This document shows positions 28,481 through 37,655 of a stretch of DNA of 38,887 nucleotides, in pieces (positions within the stretch are counted from its first letter, which is position 1; each line of letters starts with the position of its first letter). The DNA lies in assembly GCA_964652535.1 (NCBI GenBank), contig CAZZDR010000002.1, positions 14,839 to 53,725 of the forward strand. Direction: 5' to 3'. A program made the position numbers and the translations under genes. The stretch is from an uncultured Hymenobacter sp. GTDB lineage: Bacteria; Bacteroidota; Bacteroidia; Cytophagales; Hymenobacteraceae. The notes under the pieces are model-generated. The model saw nothing but the letters and a program-made list of their open reading frames with translations, was not told the origin of the DNA and ran no database searches.

Positions 28481-30538
28481 ATGTCTGCCGATACGCTCGC
28501 TGCCGCCCCCGCCCCCACGCTGGCCCTCACGCAGGAAGACTCCTGGCTTCTGCCCTACGAACCCATTTTGCTGGCCCGCCAGCAGCGCCTGGCCGACCGC
28601 CTAGCCGCCATCACGCAAGCGTATGGCTCGCTCAGCAAGTTTGCCACCGCCCACCAGCGCCTAGGCCTGCACTACGATGCGCGCCGCCGCGGCTACGTGG
28701 TACGCGAGTGGGCACCTGGCGCCGAGGCCGTAAGCTTAGTTGGCGATTTCAATTTCTGGAATCGCGGTGCCGATTATTTGCAGAAGGACGCAGCCACGGG
28801 CATCTGGGAAGGCTTCGTTGCCGATGACGAAAATGGCCGCCGTTTGGCCCCTAGCTCGCGCTACAAGCTGCACGTAGTGGCTAATGGCCAAGGCAAAGAC
28901 CGCCTACCCGCCTACCTGCGCCGCGCCGTGCAAGACGAGCAGAGCAAAGATTATTCAGCTCAGCTTTGGGTGCCGGAAAGTCCTTTCAAGTGGACGGACC
29001 AAACCTTCCGCCTCGCCAACGCTACCCAGGGTCAGCCGCTCATCTACGAGGCGCACGTGGGCATGGCCCAGGAAGAAGGTAGGGTCGGCACGTACCGCGA
29101 GTTTGCCGACCATATTTTGCCCCGCATCCAGGCTGAAGGCTACAATACCATCCAGCTGATGGCCATTCTGGAGCACCCGTACTACGGCTCGTTTGGCTAC
29201 CACGTGGCCAATTTCTTTGCGCCCAGCTCGCGCTTTGGCACGCCCGAAGACCTGAAATACCTGGTGAACACGGCCCACCAGCGCGGCATTGTGGTGCTGC
29301 TAGACCTGGTTCACTCGCACGCCGTGAAGAATGAGGCCGAGGGCCTGGCCGATTTCGATGGCTCAGGCAATCTCTACTTTCACAAGGGCGAGCGCGGCAA
29401 TCACCCTGGCTGGGACTCGAAGCTCTTTGACTACGGCCGCCCCGAGGTACAGCAGTTTCTGCTCTCCAACCTGCGCTACTGGCTCGAAGAGTTTCACTTC
29501 GACGGCTTCCGGTTTGATGGCATCACCTCCATGCTCTACCACCACCACGGCGAGGGGCATTCTTTCGGGGGCTACGACAGCTACTTCGGTCCGCAGGCCG
29601 ACGACGACGCCATCCTTTACCTCATGCTAGCCACTACGCTGGTGCGCGAACTAAAGGAATCGGCCCTGCTTATTGCCGAAGACATGAGCGGCCTGCCTGG
29701 CCTCTGTCGTTCCATCGCTGAGGGGGGGGTAGGGTTTGACTATCGCCTGGCGATGGGCGTGCCCGATTTCTGGATTAAGAACCTCAAGCACAAGCGCGAC
29801 GAGGACTGGGACCTCGGCGAGCTGTGGCACCAGCTGACCAACCGCCGGGCGGGCGAAAAAACCGTGGCCTATGCCGAAAGCCACGACCAGGCTCTGGTGG
29901 GTGATAAAACCCTAAGCCATTGGCTGTACGACTCGACTATCTACACCAATATGGGTGTGCTCGACGGCGACCCGCAAGTGGCCCGTGCCACGGCGCTGCA
30001 CAAGCTCATCCGGCTTATCACGCTGAGCGCGGGCGGCGAAGCCTACCTCAATTTTATGGGCAATGAGTTTGGCCACCCCGAGTGGGTCGATTTCCCGAGG
30101 GCCGGCAACGACTGGAGCTACCACTTCGCTCGCCGCCAGTGGAGCCTAGCCGACAATGCTGACCTGCGCTTTTCGCAGCTCTTAGCCTTCGACCACGCCA
30201 TGCTGCAAGTGGCCCGCGAGCGTCAGCTGCTTACCAAAGGCCCTGCTACGCTGCTCAACCTTGACTACGACAACCGCATCCTCACCTTCGAGCGCGCCGG
30301 CCTAGTATTCGTGTTCAGCTTTAATGTGAGCAATAGCTTTTCAGACTATGGTATTCCGGTGCCGGCAGCGGGCCGCTACCGCCTACTACTCAGCACCGAC
30401 CGCGGCGAGTTTGGCGGCTTTTCCCGGCTCGACGAGAAGATGATTTACGACACCCTTGGTGGGGGCGGTACCGCCGAGGCACCCCGCCTGCGTCTCTACG
30501 TGCCCAACCGCACGGCTTTGGTGCTGGCGAAGGGGTAG
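28481..30538 (+). CDS. glgB: 1,4-alpha-glucan branching enzyme (GH13_8-like)
   Basis: REWAPGA, IYEAHVGM, EHPYYGSFGYHV, DLVHSHA, FDGFRFDGITSM, IAEDMSG, YAESHDQALVGDKT, LNFMGNEFGHPEWVDFPR; start moved to ATG 28481. Confidence 0.95.
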   Translation: MSADTLAAAPAPTLALTQEDSWLLPYEPILLARQQRLADRLAAITQAYGSLSKFATAHQRLGLHYDARRRGYVVREWAPGAEAVSLVGDFNFWNRGADYLQKDAATGIWEGFVADDENGRRLAPSSRYKLHVVANGQGKDRLPAYLRRAVQDEQSKDYSAQLWVPESPFKWTDQTFRLANATQGQPLIYEAHVGMAQEEGRVGTYREFADHILPRIQAEGYNTIQLMAILEHPYYGSFGYHVANFFAPSSRFGTPEDLKYLVNTAHQRGIVVLLDLVHSHAVKNEAEGLADFDGSGNLYFHKGERGNHPGWDSKLFDYGRPEVQQFLLSNLRYWLEEFHFDGFRFDGITSMLYHHHGEGHSFGGYDSYFGPQADDDAILYLMLATTLVRELKESALLIAEDMSGLPGLCRSIAEGGVGFDYRLAMGVPDFWIKNLKHKRDEDWDLGELWHQLTNRRAGEKTVAYAESHDQALVGDKTLSHWLYDSTIYTNMGVLDGDPQVARATALHKLIRLITLSAGGEAYLNFMGNEFGHPEWVDFPRAGNDWSYHFARRQWSLADNADLRFSQLLAFDHAMLQVARERQLLTKGPATLLNLDYDNRILTFERAGLVFVFSFNVSNSFSDYGIPVPAAGRYRLLLSTDRGEFGGFSRLDEKMIYDTLGGGGTAEAPRLRLYVPNRTALVLAKG

Positions 30539-30592
30539 GGCTGTAAGTGGCAGCGCAGCAGCTACCTGGCTGCTGAAGACAAGGGCCGGCCG

Positions 30593-31867
30593 CTAGTGCC
30601 GGCCCTTGCGCTGTTCGGCCACTTCGTCGAGGCGGTGGCCCTGCTCACGGCCGAAGCGCACGTGCTTAGCTGCCCCAATAATCTGCGAAGAATAAATGCC
30701 TTGGTGCCCCGAGGTGAGGTAAGCTACCACGCAAGCCACTAGAAAATAGCCGCCCGCATGCGAGCCAAATAGCTCGACGCCCAGCAGCGTGCAGGCAATG
30801 GGCGTGTTGGCCGCACCAGCCAAAATGGCGATAAAGCCCATAGCGGCCAGCAGCGCCAGCGGCAGCGGCACTACCAGCGACAACGCACTGCCGAGTGTGG
30901 CGCCAATAAAAAACAGTGGCGTCACCTCACCACCTTTAAAGCCGCAGCCCAGCGTAAGGGCCGTAAATACCATTTTCAGCAGAAAAACGTAGGGCGCCTG
31001 CGTCACCTGGCCCGCCGCCACAATGGTGGCATCGCCCAAGCCAATGTACTGCGTACCCAGCGCCAAGACGCCCGCTGTGAGCAGCAAGCCGCCAATTACG
31101 GGCCGCAAAGGGGGGTAGGGCACCCGCTGAAACTGGTGGCCAACCCAGTGCGTGAGAATGGCGAAGCTGCGCGCCGCCAGCCCAAACAGCGCCCCACAGC
31201 CCACCGTAAGCAGCAGGCGCAACGGGTCGAAGGGCGGTGCCTCTAGCACCGGAAACAATTCGTAGTGAATGCCCCAAGCCTTGGTGACCCAAGCGGCACT
31301 GGCGGCCGCCAATACGCTCGGAATGAGCGCGTCGTAGCTCACGGAGCCAATAACGACAACCTCAATGCCGAAGACGGCCCCCGCCACGGGCGTGCCAAAC
31401 ACCGACGCAAAGCCCGCGCTGATGCCCGCAATGAGCAGTAGCCGGCGGTCGCGCGCGCTTACTTTAAAGATGCGGGTAAGTTGGTCGGCAAGCGCGCCGC
31501 CCATTTGCACGGCCGTACCCTCGCGGCCCACCGAGCCGCCAAACAGGTGCGTGAGCAGCGTGCTGCCCAGCACTAGTGGCACAATGCGCGGCGAAATAAC
31601 TCCGTGCGGGCTGTGAATTTCGTCGAGCAATAAATTATTGCCCCGTGCAGCATCGCGCCCCAGGTAGTGGTAGGTAGCCCCGATGGCCAGCCCCGCCAGC
31701 GGCAGCCCGGCGATAATGGCCGGATGCGCCTCGCGGTAGTGCGTGACCCAGGCTAAGGTGACAATAAACAGCGCCGATGCCGACCCCGCCAAAATGCCCA
31801 CTACGCTGCAAATGGCCAGCCAGCGTAGCAAAAACAGCACCGTCGGCGTTTGCTCGGCCTTGAGCAT
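30593..31867 (-). CDS. CLC-family anion transporter, fluoride-type (CLC-F/EriC-F)
   Basis: Motifs GNNLL, GREGT and GEVTP in place of canonical GSGIP, GREGP and GxFxP; start uncertain (ATG 31867 or GTG 31921). Confidence 0.88.
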   Translation of the reverse strand: MLKAEQTPTVLFLLRWLAICSVVGILAGSASALFIVTLAWVTHYREAHPAIIAGLPLAGLAIGATYHYLGRDAARGNNLLLDEIHSPHGVISPRIVPLVLGSTLLTHLFGGSVGREGTAVQMGGALADQLTRIFKVSARDRRLLLIAGISAGFASVFGTPVAGAVFGIEVVVIGSVSYDALIPSVLAAASAAWVTKAWGIHYELFPVLEAPPFDPLRLLLTVGCGALFGLAARSFAILTHWVGHQFQRVPYPPLRPVIGGLLLTAGVLALGTQYIGLGDATIVAAGQVTQAPYVFLLKMVFTALTLGCGFKGGEVTPLFFIGATLGSALSLVVPLPLALLAAMGFIAILAGAANTPIACTLLGVELFGSHAGGYFLVACVVAYLTSGHQGIYSSQIIGAAKHVRFGREQGHRLDEVAEQRKGRH

Positions 31868-31995
31868 GGGCCGCAACACCGGGCGCAGTAAGCGGTAAGG
31901 AGATTTAGGAAAGAAGTCCACGGGTGAAAGCCAGCCGCAAAGTGGGGCCGGCCCCAAAGCTACGCCAGCCCACACAGGCCGCTACCAGGACTAAG

Positions 31996-32469
31996 CTACT
32001 CGCGCTTGCGCCCAATACTGAGGCGGTACACGATTTCGGTGAGGCGCTTGCCGCGTATTTCGGGGGTTTTGGAGCCCTTTAGGTAGCGCACGTAGGAGCG
32101 CTGCTCCAGCTTAGTAAGGGTCTTGAAAAACTTGAACGCGGCGGCATCCTGATTTAGACCGGCGTCGAGGTCTTCGGGCAATTTAATGACTCGCTCGCTC
32201 AGGTCGCGGCGCAGGGCTACGTGCAGGATGTCGCCCAGCGTTTTGCCCACGGCACGGCGCACTTCGCGCGGAATCACCAGCCCGTGGTAGCCATCGCCCA
32301 GCGGCAACAACTCGCCCTGGTAAGGAAAACCCTCGATGGTCGTTTGCACCAGCAGTTCCTCCTTCGTGCCATACAACTCCTCTACCGAGAAGGGTGCCAC
32401 CACCAGTACCTCGCCCGTGTGCGGGTCAGCTTCGAGCGCCGCATCAAATTCCTGTTCAAATTCTGTCAT
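31996..32469 (-). CDS. DUF1905 plus YdeI/OmpD-associated domain protein
   Basis: LLPLGDGYHGLVIPREVRRAVGKTLGD, then LPEDLDAGL...FFKTLTKLEQRSYVRYLKGSKTPEIRGKRL. Confidence 0.8.
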   Translation of the reverse strand: MTEFEQEFDAALEADPHTGEVLVVAPFSVEELYGTKEELLVQTTIEGFPYQGELLPLGDGYHGLVIPREVRRAVGKTLGDILHVALRRDLSERVIKLPEDLDAGLNQDAAAFKFFKTLTKLEQRSYVRYLKGSKTPEIRGKRLTEIVYRLSIGRKRE

Positions 32470-32475
32470 CACGCG

Positions 32476-32483
32476 CAAAATTA
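32476..32483 (-). promoter_or_regulatory. -7 promoter element abutting the DUF1905 start
   Basis: TAATTTTG-cgcgtg-ATG. Confidence 0.5.
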
Positions 32484-32487
32484 CGAC

Positions 32488-33834
32488 TTAACTCAGGCTA
32501 ACTGCTGCTCGTGGCCGGGCCAGGTACAGCGCCTGCGCAATGGCGGCAGCGTCGGCGGCAGGCACCGTGTGTACGGTGGCGCCGAATAGGTCCAATTCAT
32601 GGCGCAGGCGCTCGGCCAGCGCCGGAGTTTCGGCCAGTACCATATCGGCGCGGCGCAGGGCTTGGCGCTGCAGCTCGGCTACCCAGCCGGTAGCGATAGC
32701 TAAGGGCTCATCGGGTAACGTAGCTACGTGCAATACCAGCGGTCCGCCCGTGCGCTGGCGCAACTCCTGGGCAGCCAGCCAGGTAGGCCAGGCAGGCGCA
32801 TAAATGGCCGCGTAAGGTGCTTCGGCCAGCGCCACCGGCACCGCGAAGCGCGCGTACTGAATTATTTTAAAATTTAAATTCGGTTCCGAATACTGCGGTG
32901 CGACCGGCCGCGCCGGCAGTCCCAAGGCTGCTTCGTGAAGCGCTGGAGGGGTAGGGCTGGCCGTCGACAACGGCACGATGGGCTCCTGGGCCGGCGGCTG
33001 GCCCAGGGCAGCTAACGCCTCGGGCCAGCTCGCCTGCCAGTTGCTGGAAGCGGGCGGCAAAATTGCTGTTGCTTCGGGCAGCAGTTCGGCGCTGTGCTGC
33101 TCAAAACTGGCTAATTCTTCTGCTTCTAGCGGAAGTAAATCTCCTTCGAGATCGGCAGCTTGCGCCAGCGACTCAGCCGGTTTGTAGCTCGCAGTAGGGG
33201 GTAGGGAAGCGGGAAGCGGCGCGTGCGCTGGCTGCACAACTGGCAGCGTTTCCGCATTAACCCCTCTCGTTTCGTCAACGCTACTGCCCAGGTAGGGCGC
33301 GGCCGGCGCGTTAGGCTCGCCCGTCCAATTAGGCGCGGGCAGGGCCTGGCCGGCGCGCTGGCCCAGCGTTGCTAACGTCATTGTGCTCAATCGCACCACC
33401 TGCACTGCTGACCAGGCTAGCGTAGCAGGAGTACTGGTTGGTACCGCTGAGGCAGGCTGTATTTTTAGCTCAGCTATATGGGTAGCCGCCGTTGGGGTAG
33501 GGCTGCTAGCTGGCGCAGTACTAAGGGCCGGTTGCTGAACAGCTGCCTGAGGCAAAGCGCTGGGCGTGCCGGCAGGGTAGGGGGGTAGGGCGCTGGGCTC
33601 GGCAGTAGTGGGTAGAGTAAAGGTGGTCGCTGGCTCGGGCGGGAGCGGTAAATATTCTTCGGCGCTCAGGGCCTCGGGGTTGGCGGCTTGCGGCACCATC
33701 ACCAGGATGGATGCGACGGCGGGGGTAGGCGCCTGGGTGGCTTCAACTAGGGCGCGAACGGCCGGCGTGGTTTCGTCCCAGGCTAGTACAAGTACAGCAA
33801 GGGGGACGGCAGAATCGGCGGCAGGCTCAGGCAT
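32488..33834 (-). CDS. Degenerate GT4 (glycogen-synthase-like) N-terminal-domain protein with large Pro/Ala-rich insertion
   Basis: VLVLAWDE at the N-terminus; C-terminal NLNFKIIQYARFA...IYAPAWPTWLAAQELRQRTGGPLVLHV...QALRRADMVLA resembles GT4 IHAHDWLT...GKPLVxHVH...ADxVIAVS. Confidence 0.6.
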   Translation of the reverse strand: MPEPAADSAVPLAVLVLAWDETTPAVRALVEATQAPTPAVASILVMVPQAANPEALSAEEYLPLPPEPATTFTLPTTAEPSALPPYPAGTPSALPQAAVQQPALSTAPASSPTPTAATHIAELKIQPASAVPTSTPATLAWSAVQVVRLSTMTLATLGQRAGQALPAPNWTGEPNAPAAPYLGSSVDETRGVNAETLPVVQPAHAPLPASLPPTASYKPAESLAQAADLEGDLLPLEAEELASFEQHSAELLPEATAILPPASSNWQASWPEALAALGQPPAQEPIVPLSTASPTPPALHEAALGLPARPVAPQYSEPNLNFKIIQYARFAVPVALAEAPYAAIYAPAWPTWLAAQELRQRTGGPLVLHVATLPDEPLAIATGWVAELQRQALRRADMVLAETPALAERLRHELDLFGATVHTVPAADAAAIAQALYLARPRAAVSLS

Positions 33835-34083
33835 TGGTTGGGAATTGTCCCTACGAATAACGGCATTGTCGGCGCCTGGTTAATGGGTTATCGCAAAAAA
33901 TATCGCAACATAAAGAGTTGCCGGCGCGTTCTCGGCACTTCGCCCGGGCCTTATGCCACGCCTGAATCCTATTTTGCAGGCACGAGTCTTGCAGGCGCCC
34001 TGCTTCTTTTGCTGCTGGCTGCCCCTTTGGGCGCGTGGTAGCCAGCTGCCCCTACCTTTCCTGCCTCATCTATTCTGTCCTTT

Positions 34084-36573
34084 ATGGCCACTAATTCGGT
34101 ACAAGAAAATAATTACATGGTGAATGACCTGGCGGCGCAAGCCCGCCAGGAGTACTTGCCCGGCCCCGTGCAGCAGGCCGAGCAGACCGACGACCACCTC
34201 TTTACCTTCACCACCGAAAACGGCTCGCGCTTGCTGCTGCACGTGCTGTCGGACAAGATTCTGCGCTTTCGCTACCTCACGCCCGAAAGCCCCAGCGAGC
34301 CCGATTTCAGCTACGCAGTGCCCGACCCGGCCACCGAGCACACGTTGCGCCCAGCGGTGCCTACCTTCTTAGAGTTCAAGGAGAAAAGCGACCATTACCG
34401 CCTCACTACGGCCCGCCTCATCTGCATTGTGTGGAAGGACTCGCTGCGCACCCGCGTGCTCGACCGCTCGGGCAATATCCTGAGTGCCGACGAGAAAGGC
34501 TACCACTGGCACCACGACTATGAAACCGGCAACGACATCGTGAAGATGAGCCTGCAGGTGCCCAGTGGCGTGTGCTACTACGGCCTCGGCGACAAGCCCG
34601 CCAACATGAACCTGCGCGGCCACCGCTTCCTAAATTGGGGCTCCGATACCTACGGCTACGTGAAGGGCTCGGACCCGCTTTATAAGAACATTCCGTTCTT
34701 TCATGTGCTGCACCAGCGCATTGCGCACGGCATTTTCTTCGACAATACTTTTAAGGCATTCTTCGATTTTGCGGCCGAGCGGGCCGATATCACCAGCTTC
34801 TGGGCCGAGGGTGGCGAGATGAATTACTATTTCATCTACGGCCCTACCCTGCTCGAAGTCACCGAAGAATACACGCGCCTTACCTGCCCGCCGCCCCTAC
34901 CCCCCCTCTGGACCTTAGGTTATCACCAGTGCAAGTGGAGCTACTTCCCGGAGGGCAACGTGAAGGCCATTGCCCAGGGCCTGCGCGAGCGCCGCATTCC
35001 GTGCGATGCGATTTACCTCGACATCGACTACATGGATGGCTACCGCTGCTTTACCTGGCACCCGCAGCACTTTCCAGAGCCCAAGCGCATGGTAGCCGAG
35101 CTGGCCGCTGATGGCTTTAAGACGGTGGTCATTATCGACCCCGGCATCAAGATTGACCCCGAGTACCCGGTGTACCAGGAGGGGTTGAAGAACGATTACT
35201 TCTGCCGCCGTGCCGATGGCCCGCTCATGAAAGGCTCGGTGTGGCCCGGCCAGTGCAATTTCCCCGACTACACTCGCCCCGAAGTGCGCGAGTGGTGGTC
35301 GGGCCTATTTGAGGGCCTGATAAAGGACATCGGCGTGAAGGGCGTGTGGAACGACATGAACGAGCCCGCCGTGTTTGAGAAGGGTACTTTCCCCGACGAC
35401 GTGCGCTTTGGCTACGATGGCCAGCCGTGCTCACACAAAAAGGCGCACAACATCTACGGCATGCAGATGGCCCGCGCTACCAACGACGGCGTGGCGCGCT
35501 TTAGCTACCCCGACCGGCCATTTACCATCACGCGCAGCACCTACGCGGGTGGCCAGCGCTACTCGTCGGGCTGGACCGGCGACAACATTGCCAGCTGGGA
35601 CCACCTGTGGCTGGCCAATATTCAGTGCCAACGCCTTAGCATCAGCGGTTTTAGCTTTATTGGTTCCGACATCGGCGGCTTCATCGACACGCCCGACGGC
35701 GAGCTCTATGCCCGCTGGATTGCGCTCGGCGCGTTCCACCCGTTCTTCCGTACCCACAGCTCGGGCGACCACGGCGACCAGGAGCCCTGGAGCTTTGGCG
35801 AGCCCTACACCAGCCTGGCGCGGCACTTTATCGAGCTGCGCTACCAGCTGCTGCCCTACATGTACACCACGTTTTGGCAGTACAGCACCCAGGGCACGCC
35901 TATGCTGCGCCCGCTCACGTTCCTAGACCAAGACGACCCGCAAACCTACCTGCGCATGGCTGAGTTTGCGCTTGGCGATAACATCTTGGTGTGCCCCATC
36001 ACGCAGGCCGGCGCCGATGGCCGCTGGATGTACCTGCCCCGCGGCGACTGGTACTACTATTGGACCGACGAGCTGAAGTCGGGCGGCGCCGAAACCTGGG
36101 CTTCGGCCGACCTCACGCGCATCCCGGTTTTTGTGAAAGCCGGTGCCGTGGTGCCCATGCAGCCCATCATGCAATACGTAGGCGAAAAGCCCGTGGAGCA
36201 ACTCACGCTGCACGTGTACTATAAAAATGGCACCGCCGAAAGCGTGCTCTACGACGATGGCGGCGAGGGCTACGGCTACCAGCAGGGCGAGCGCACTACC
36301 CGGCGCTTCACGGTGGCAGGTGCGGCCGCTGCGCTCATCCTCACCCAGCACATCGAGGGCGACTACCAGCCCGCCTACGCCACCTACCGCGTGGTGCTGC
36401 ACGGCCTGCCTACCCCCCCCGCCACGGCCGAAGCCGACACGCAAGCGGTAGCGCTCGGCGTGTATCCTGCCACCGAAACGACCGTGGCCGCGCCGGCCGT
36501 GGTAGTAGGGGTAGGGTTCAGTGAGTTGAAGATTGAATTAAGCGCGGCAGTGGCCGAAGAAGCCGCCGCTTAA
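34084..36573 (+). CDS. GH31 alpha-glucosidase
   Basis: PLYKNIPF, LGYHQCKWSY, IYLDIDYMDGY, catalytic WNDMNEP, WTGDN, GSDIGGF, FFRTHS; no signal peptide. Confidence 0.95.
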   Translation: MATNSVQENNYMVNDLAAQARQEYLPGPVQQAEQTDDHLFTFTTENGSRLLLHVLSDKILRFRYLTPESPSEPDFSYAVPDPATEHTLRPAVPTFLEFKEKSDHYRLTTARLICIVWKDSLRTRVLDRSGNILSADEKGYHWHHDYETGNDIVKMSLQVPSGVCYYGLGDKPANMNLRGHRFLNWGSDTYGYVKGSDPLYKNIPFFHVLHQRIAHGIFFDNTFKAFFDFAAERADITSFWAEGGEMNYYFIYGPTLLEVTEEYTRLTCPPPLPPLWTLGYHQCKWSYFPEGNVKAIAQGLRERRIPCDAIYLDIDYMDGYRCFTWHPQHFPEPKRMVAELAADGFKTVVIIDPGIKIDPEYPVYQEGLKNDYFCRRADGPLMKGSVWPGQCNFPDYTRPEVREWWSGLFEGLIKDIGVKGVWNDMNEPAVFEKGTFPDDVRFGYDGQPCSHKKAHNIYGMQMARATNDGVARFSYPDRPFTITRSTYAGGQRYSSGWTGDNIASWDHLWLANIQCQRLSISGFSFIGSDIGGFIDTPDGELYARWIALGAFHPFFRTHSSGDHGDQEPWSFGEPYTSLARHFIELRYQLLPYMYTTFWQYSTQGTPMLRPLTFLDQDDPQTYLRMAEFALGDNILVCPITQAGADGRWMYLPRGDWYYYWTDELKSGGAETWASADLTRIPVFVKAGAVVPMQPIMQYVGEKPVEQLTLHVYYKNGTAESVLYDDGGEGYGYQQGERTTRRFTVAGAAAALILTQHIEGDYQPAYATYRVVLHGLPTPPATAEADTQAVALGVYPATETTVAAPAVVVGVGFSELKIELSAAVAEEAAA

Positions 36574-36590
36574 AGCCTGGTCAATTGCTT

Positions 36591-36629
36591 AAGAAGAGCG
36601 TCTTGGTGGCAACCAAGGCGCTCTTTTTT
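36591..36629 (+). terminator. Intrinsic terminator after GH31
   Basis: aagagcgtcttggt-ggca-accaaggcgctc followed by T6. Confidence 0.8.
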
Positions 36630-36704
36630 AGTTAGTAAGGGCCTGGGCCGGCTCTCGGCCGGTGGCTGAGCCGCGCTCACGTCCAGCTTTTCCCTACCCC
36701 CTCT

Positions 36705-37655
36705 GTGCCCGATAAAGAACAACCCGAATCGAAAACTGCCATCGTAGCCGCGCTGGCGGCCAACCTAGGTATTGCCGTCATCAAGTTTGTAGCTGCGTGG
36801 TTCACGGGCTCCTCGGCAATGCTTTCAGAGGGCATTCACTCGCTCGTCGACACGGCCAATGAGTGGCTGCTACTGTTGGGGCTACGTGCCAGCCAGCAGC
36901 CGGCTACCGTGCGCCGACCGTTTGGTCATGGGCGCGAGCTGTACTTCTGGGCCTTCATGGTGGCGGTGTTCATCTTCGCTATTGGCGGTGGGCTGTCGCT
37001 GTACGAGGGCTACGAGCACCTGCGGCACCCCACGCCGCTCGGCAGCCCCACCTGGAACTACGTGGTGCTGGGGCTAGCCTTTTGCCTGGATGGGGCGTCG
37101 TTTTTGGTGGCGCGTCGCACCTTCAACGCGCAGCGGGGCAAGCAGCCGTTTTGGGCGGCTTTTCGAGCTAGCAAAGACCCTTCGGTTTTTGTAGTGCTCT
37201 TCGAGGATGCGTCCGATTTGCTGGGCTTGCTCATCGCTTTTCTGGGTGTGTTTCTAAGCCATTGGCTAAATAGGCCCGAGCTGGATGGGGTAGCGTCGCT
37301 GCTCATTGGCCTGCTGCTGCTGGTAGTAGCCGGCCTGCTGCTGCGCGAAACCAAAAGCCTACTACTGGGCGAGCCCGCCGACGACGCGCTGCTCCGGCAC
37401 GTTACAGAGCTGGCCTGCGCCGAAGCCACCATTACCCGCACGGCGCCGCCGCTCTCTACCTACCTCAGCCCCCACGAAATCCTGGTGGTGCTGCCTGTCG
37501 AGTTTATACCCGAGCTACCGGCCAGCCAGCTCAACCAAGTAATAGCGCGGCTCTGCGACGCCATCAAGGCAGCGTACCCCGACGTGCAGCACGTTTTTAT
37601 TCAGCCCGCGGCACTAAGCCAACAACTAAGTTCTTCGGCTACGGCAGGGGGGTAG
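36705..37655 (+). CDS. Cation diffusion facilitator family transporter
   Basis: TGSSAMLSEGIHSLVDT, PFGHGRELYFW, FEDASDL, C-terminal HVFIQP. Confidence 0.92.
   Translation: MPDKEQPESKTAIVAALAANLGIAVIKFVAAWFTGSSAMLSEGIHSLVDTANEWLLLLGLRASQQPATVRRPFGHGRELYFWAFMVAVFIFAIGGGLSLYEGYEHLRHPTPLGSPTWNYVVLGLAFCLDGASFLVARRTFNAQRGKQPFWAAFRASKDPSVFVVLFEDASDLLGLLIAFLGVFLSHWLNRPELDGVASLLIGLLLLVVAGLLLRETKSLLLGEPADDALLRHVTELACAEATITRTAPPLSTYLSPHEILVVLPVEFIPELPASQLNQVIARLCDAIKAAYPDVQHVFIQPAALSQQLSSSATAGG

Noticed and set aside
31868..31995. Fluoride riboswitch upstream of the CLC gene
   Set aside because: No conserved GATGG...TGATG/TAATG aptamer elements seen by eye
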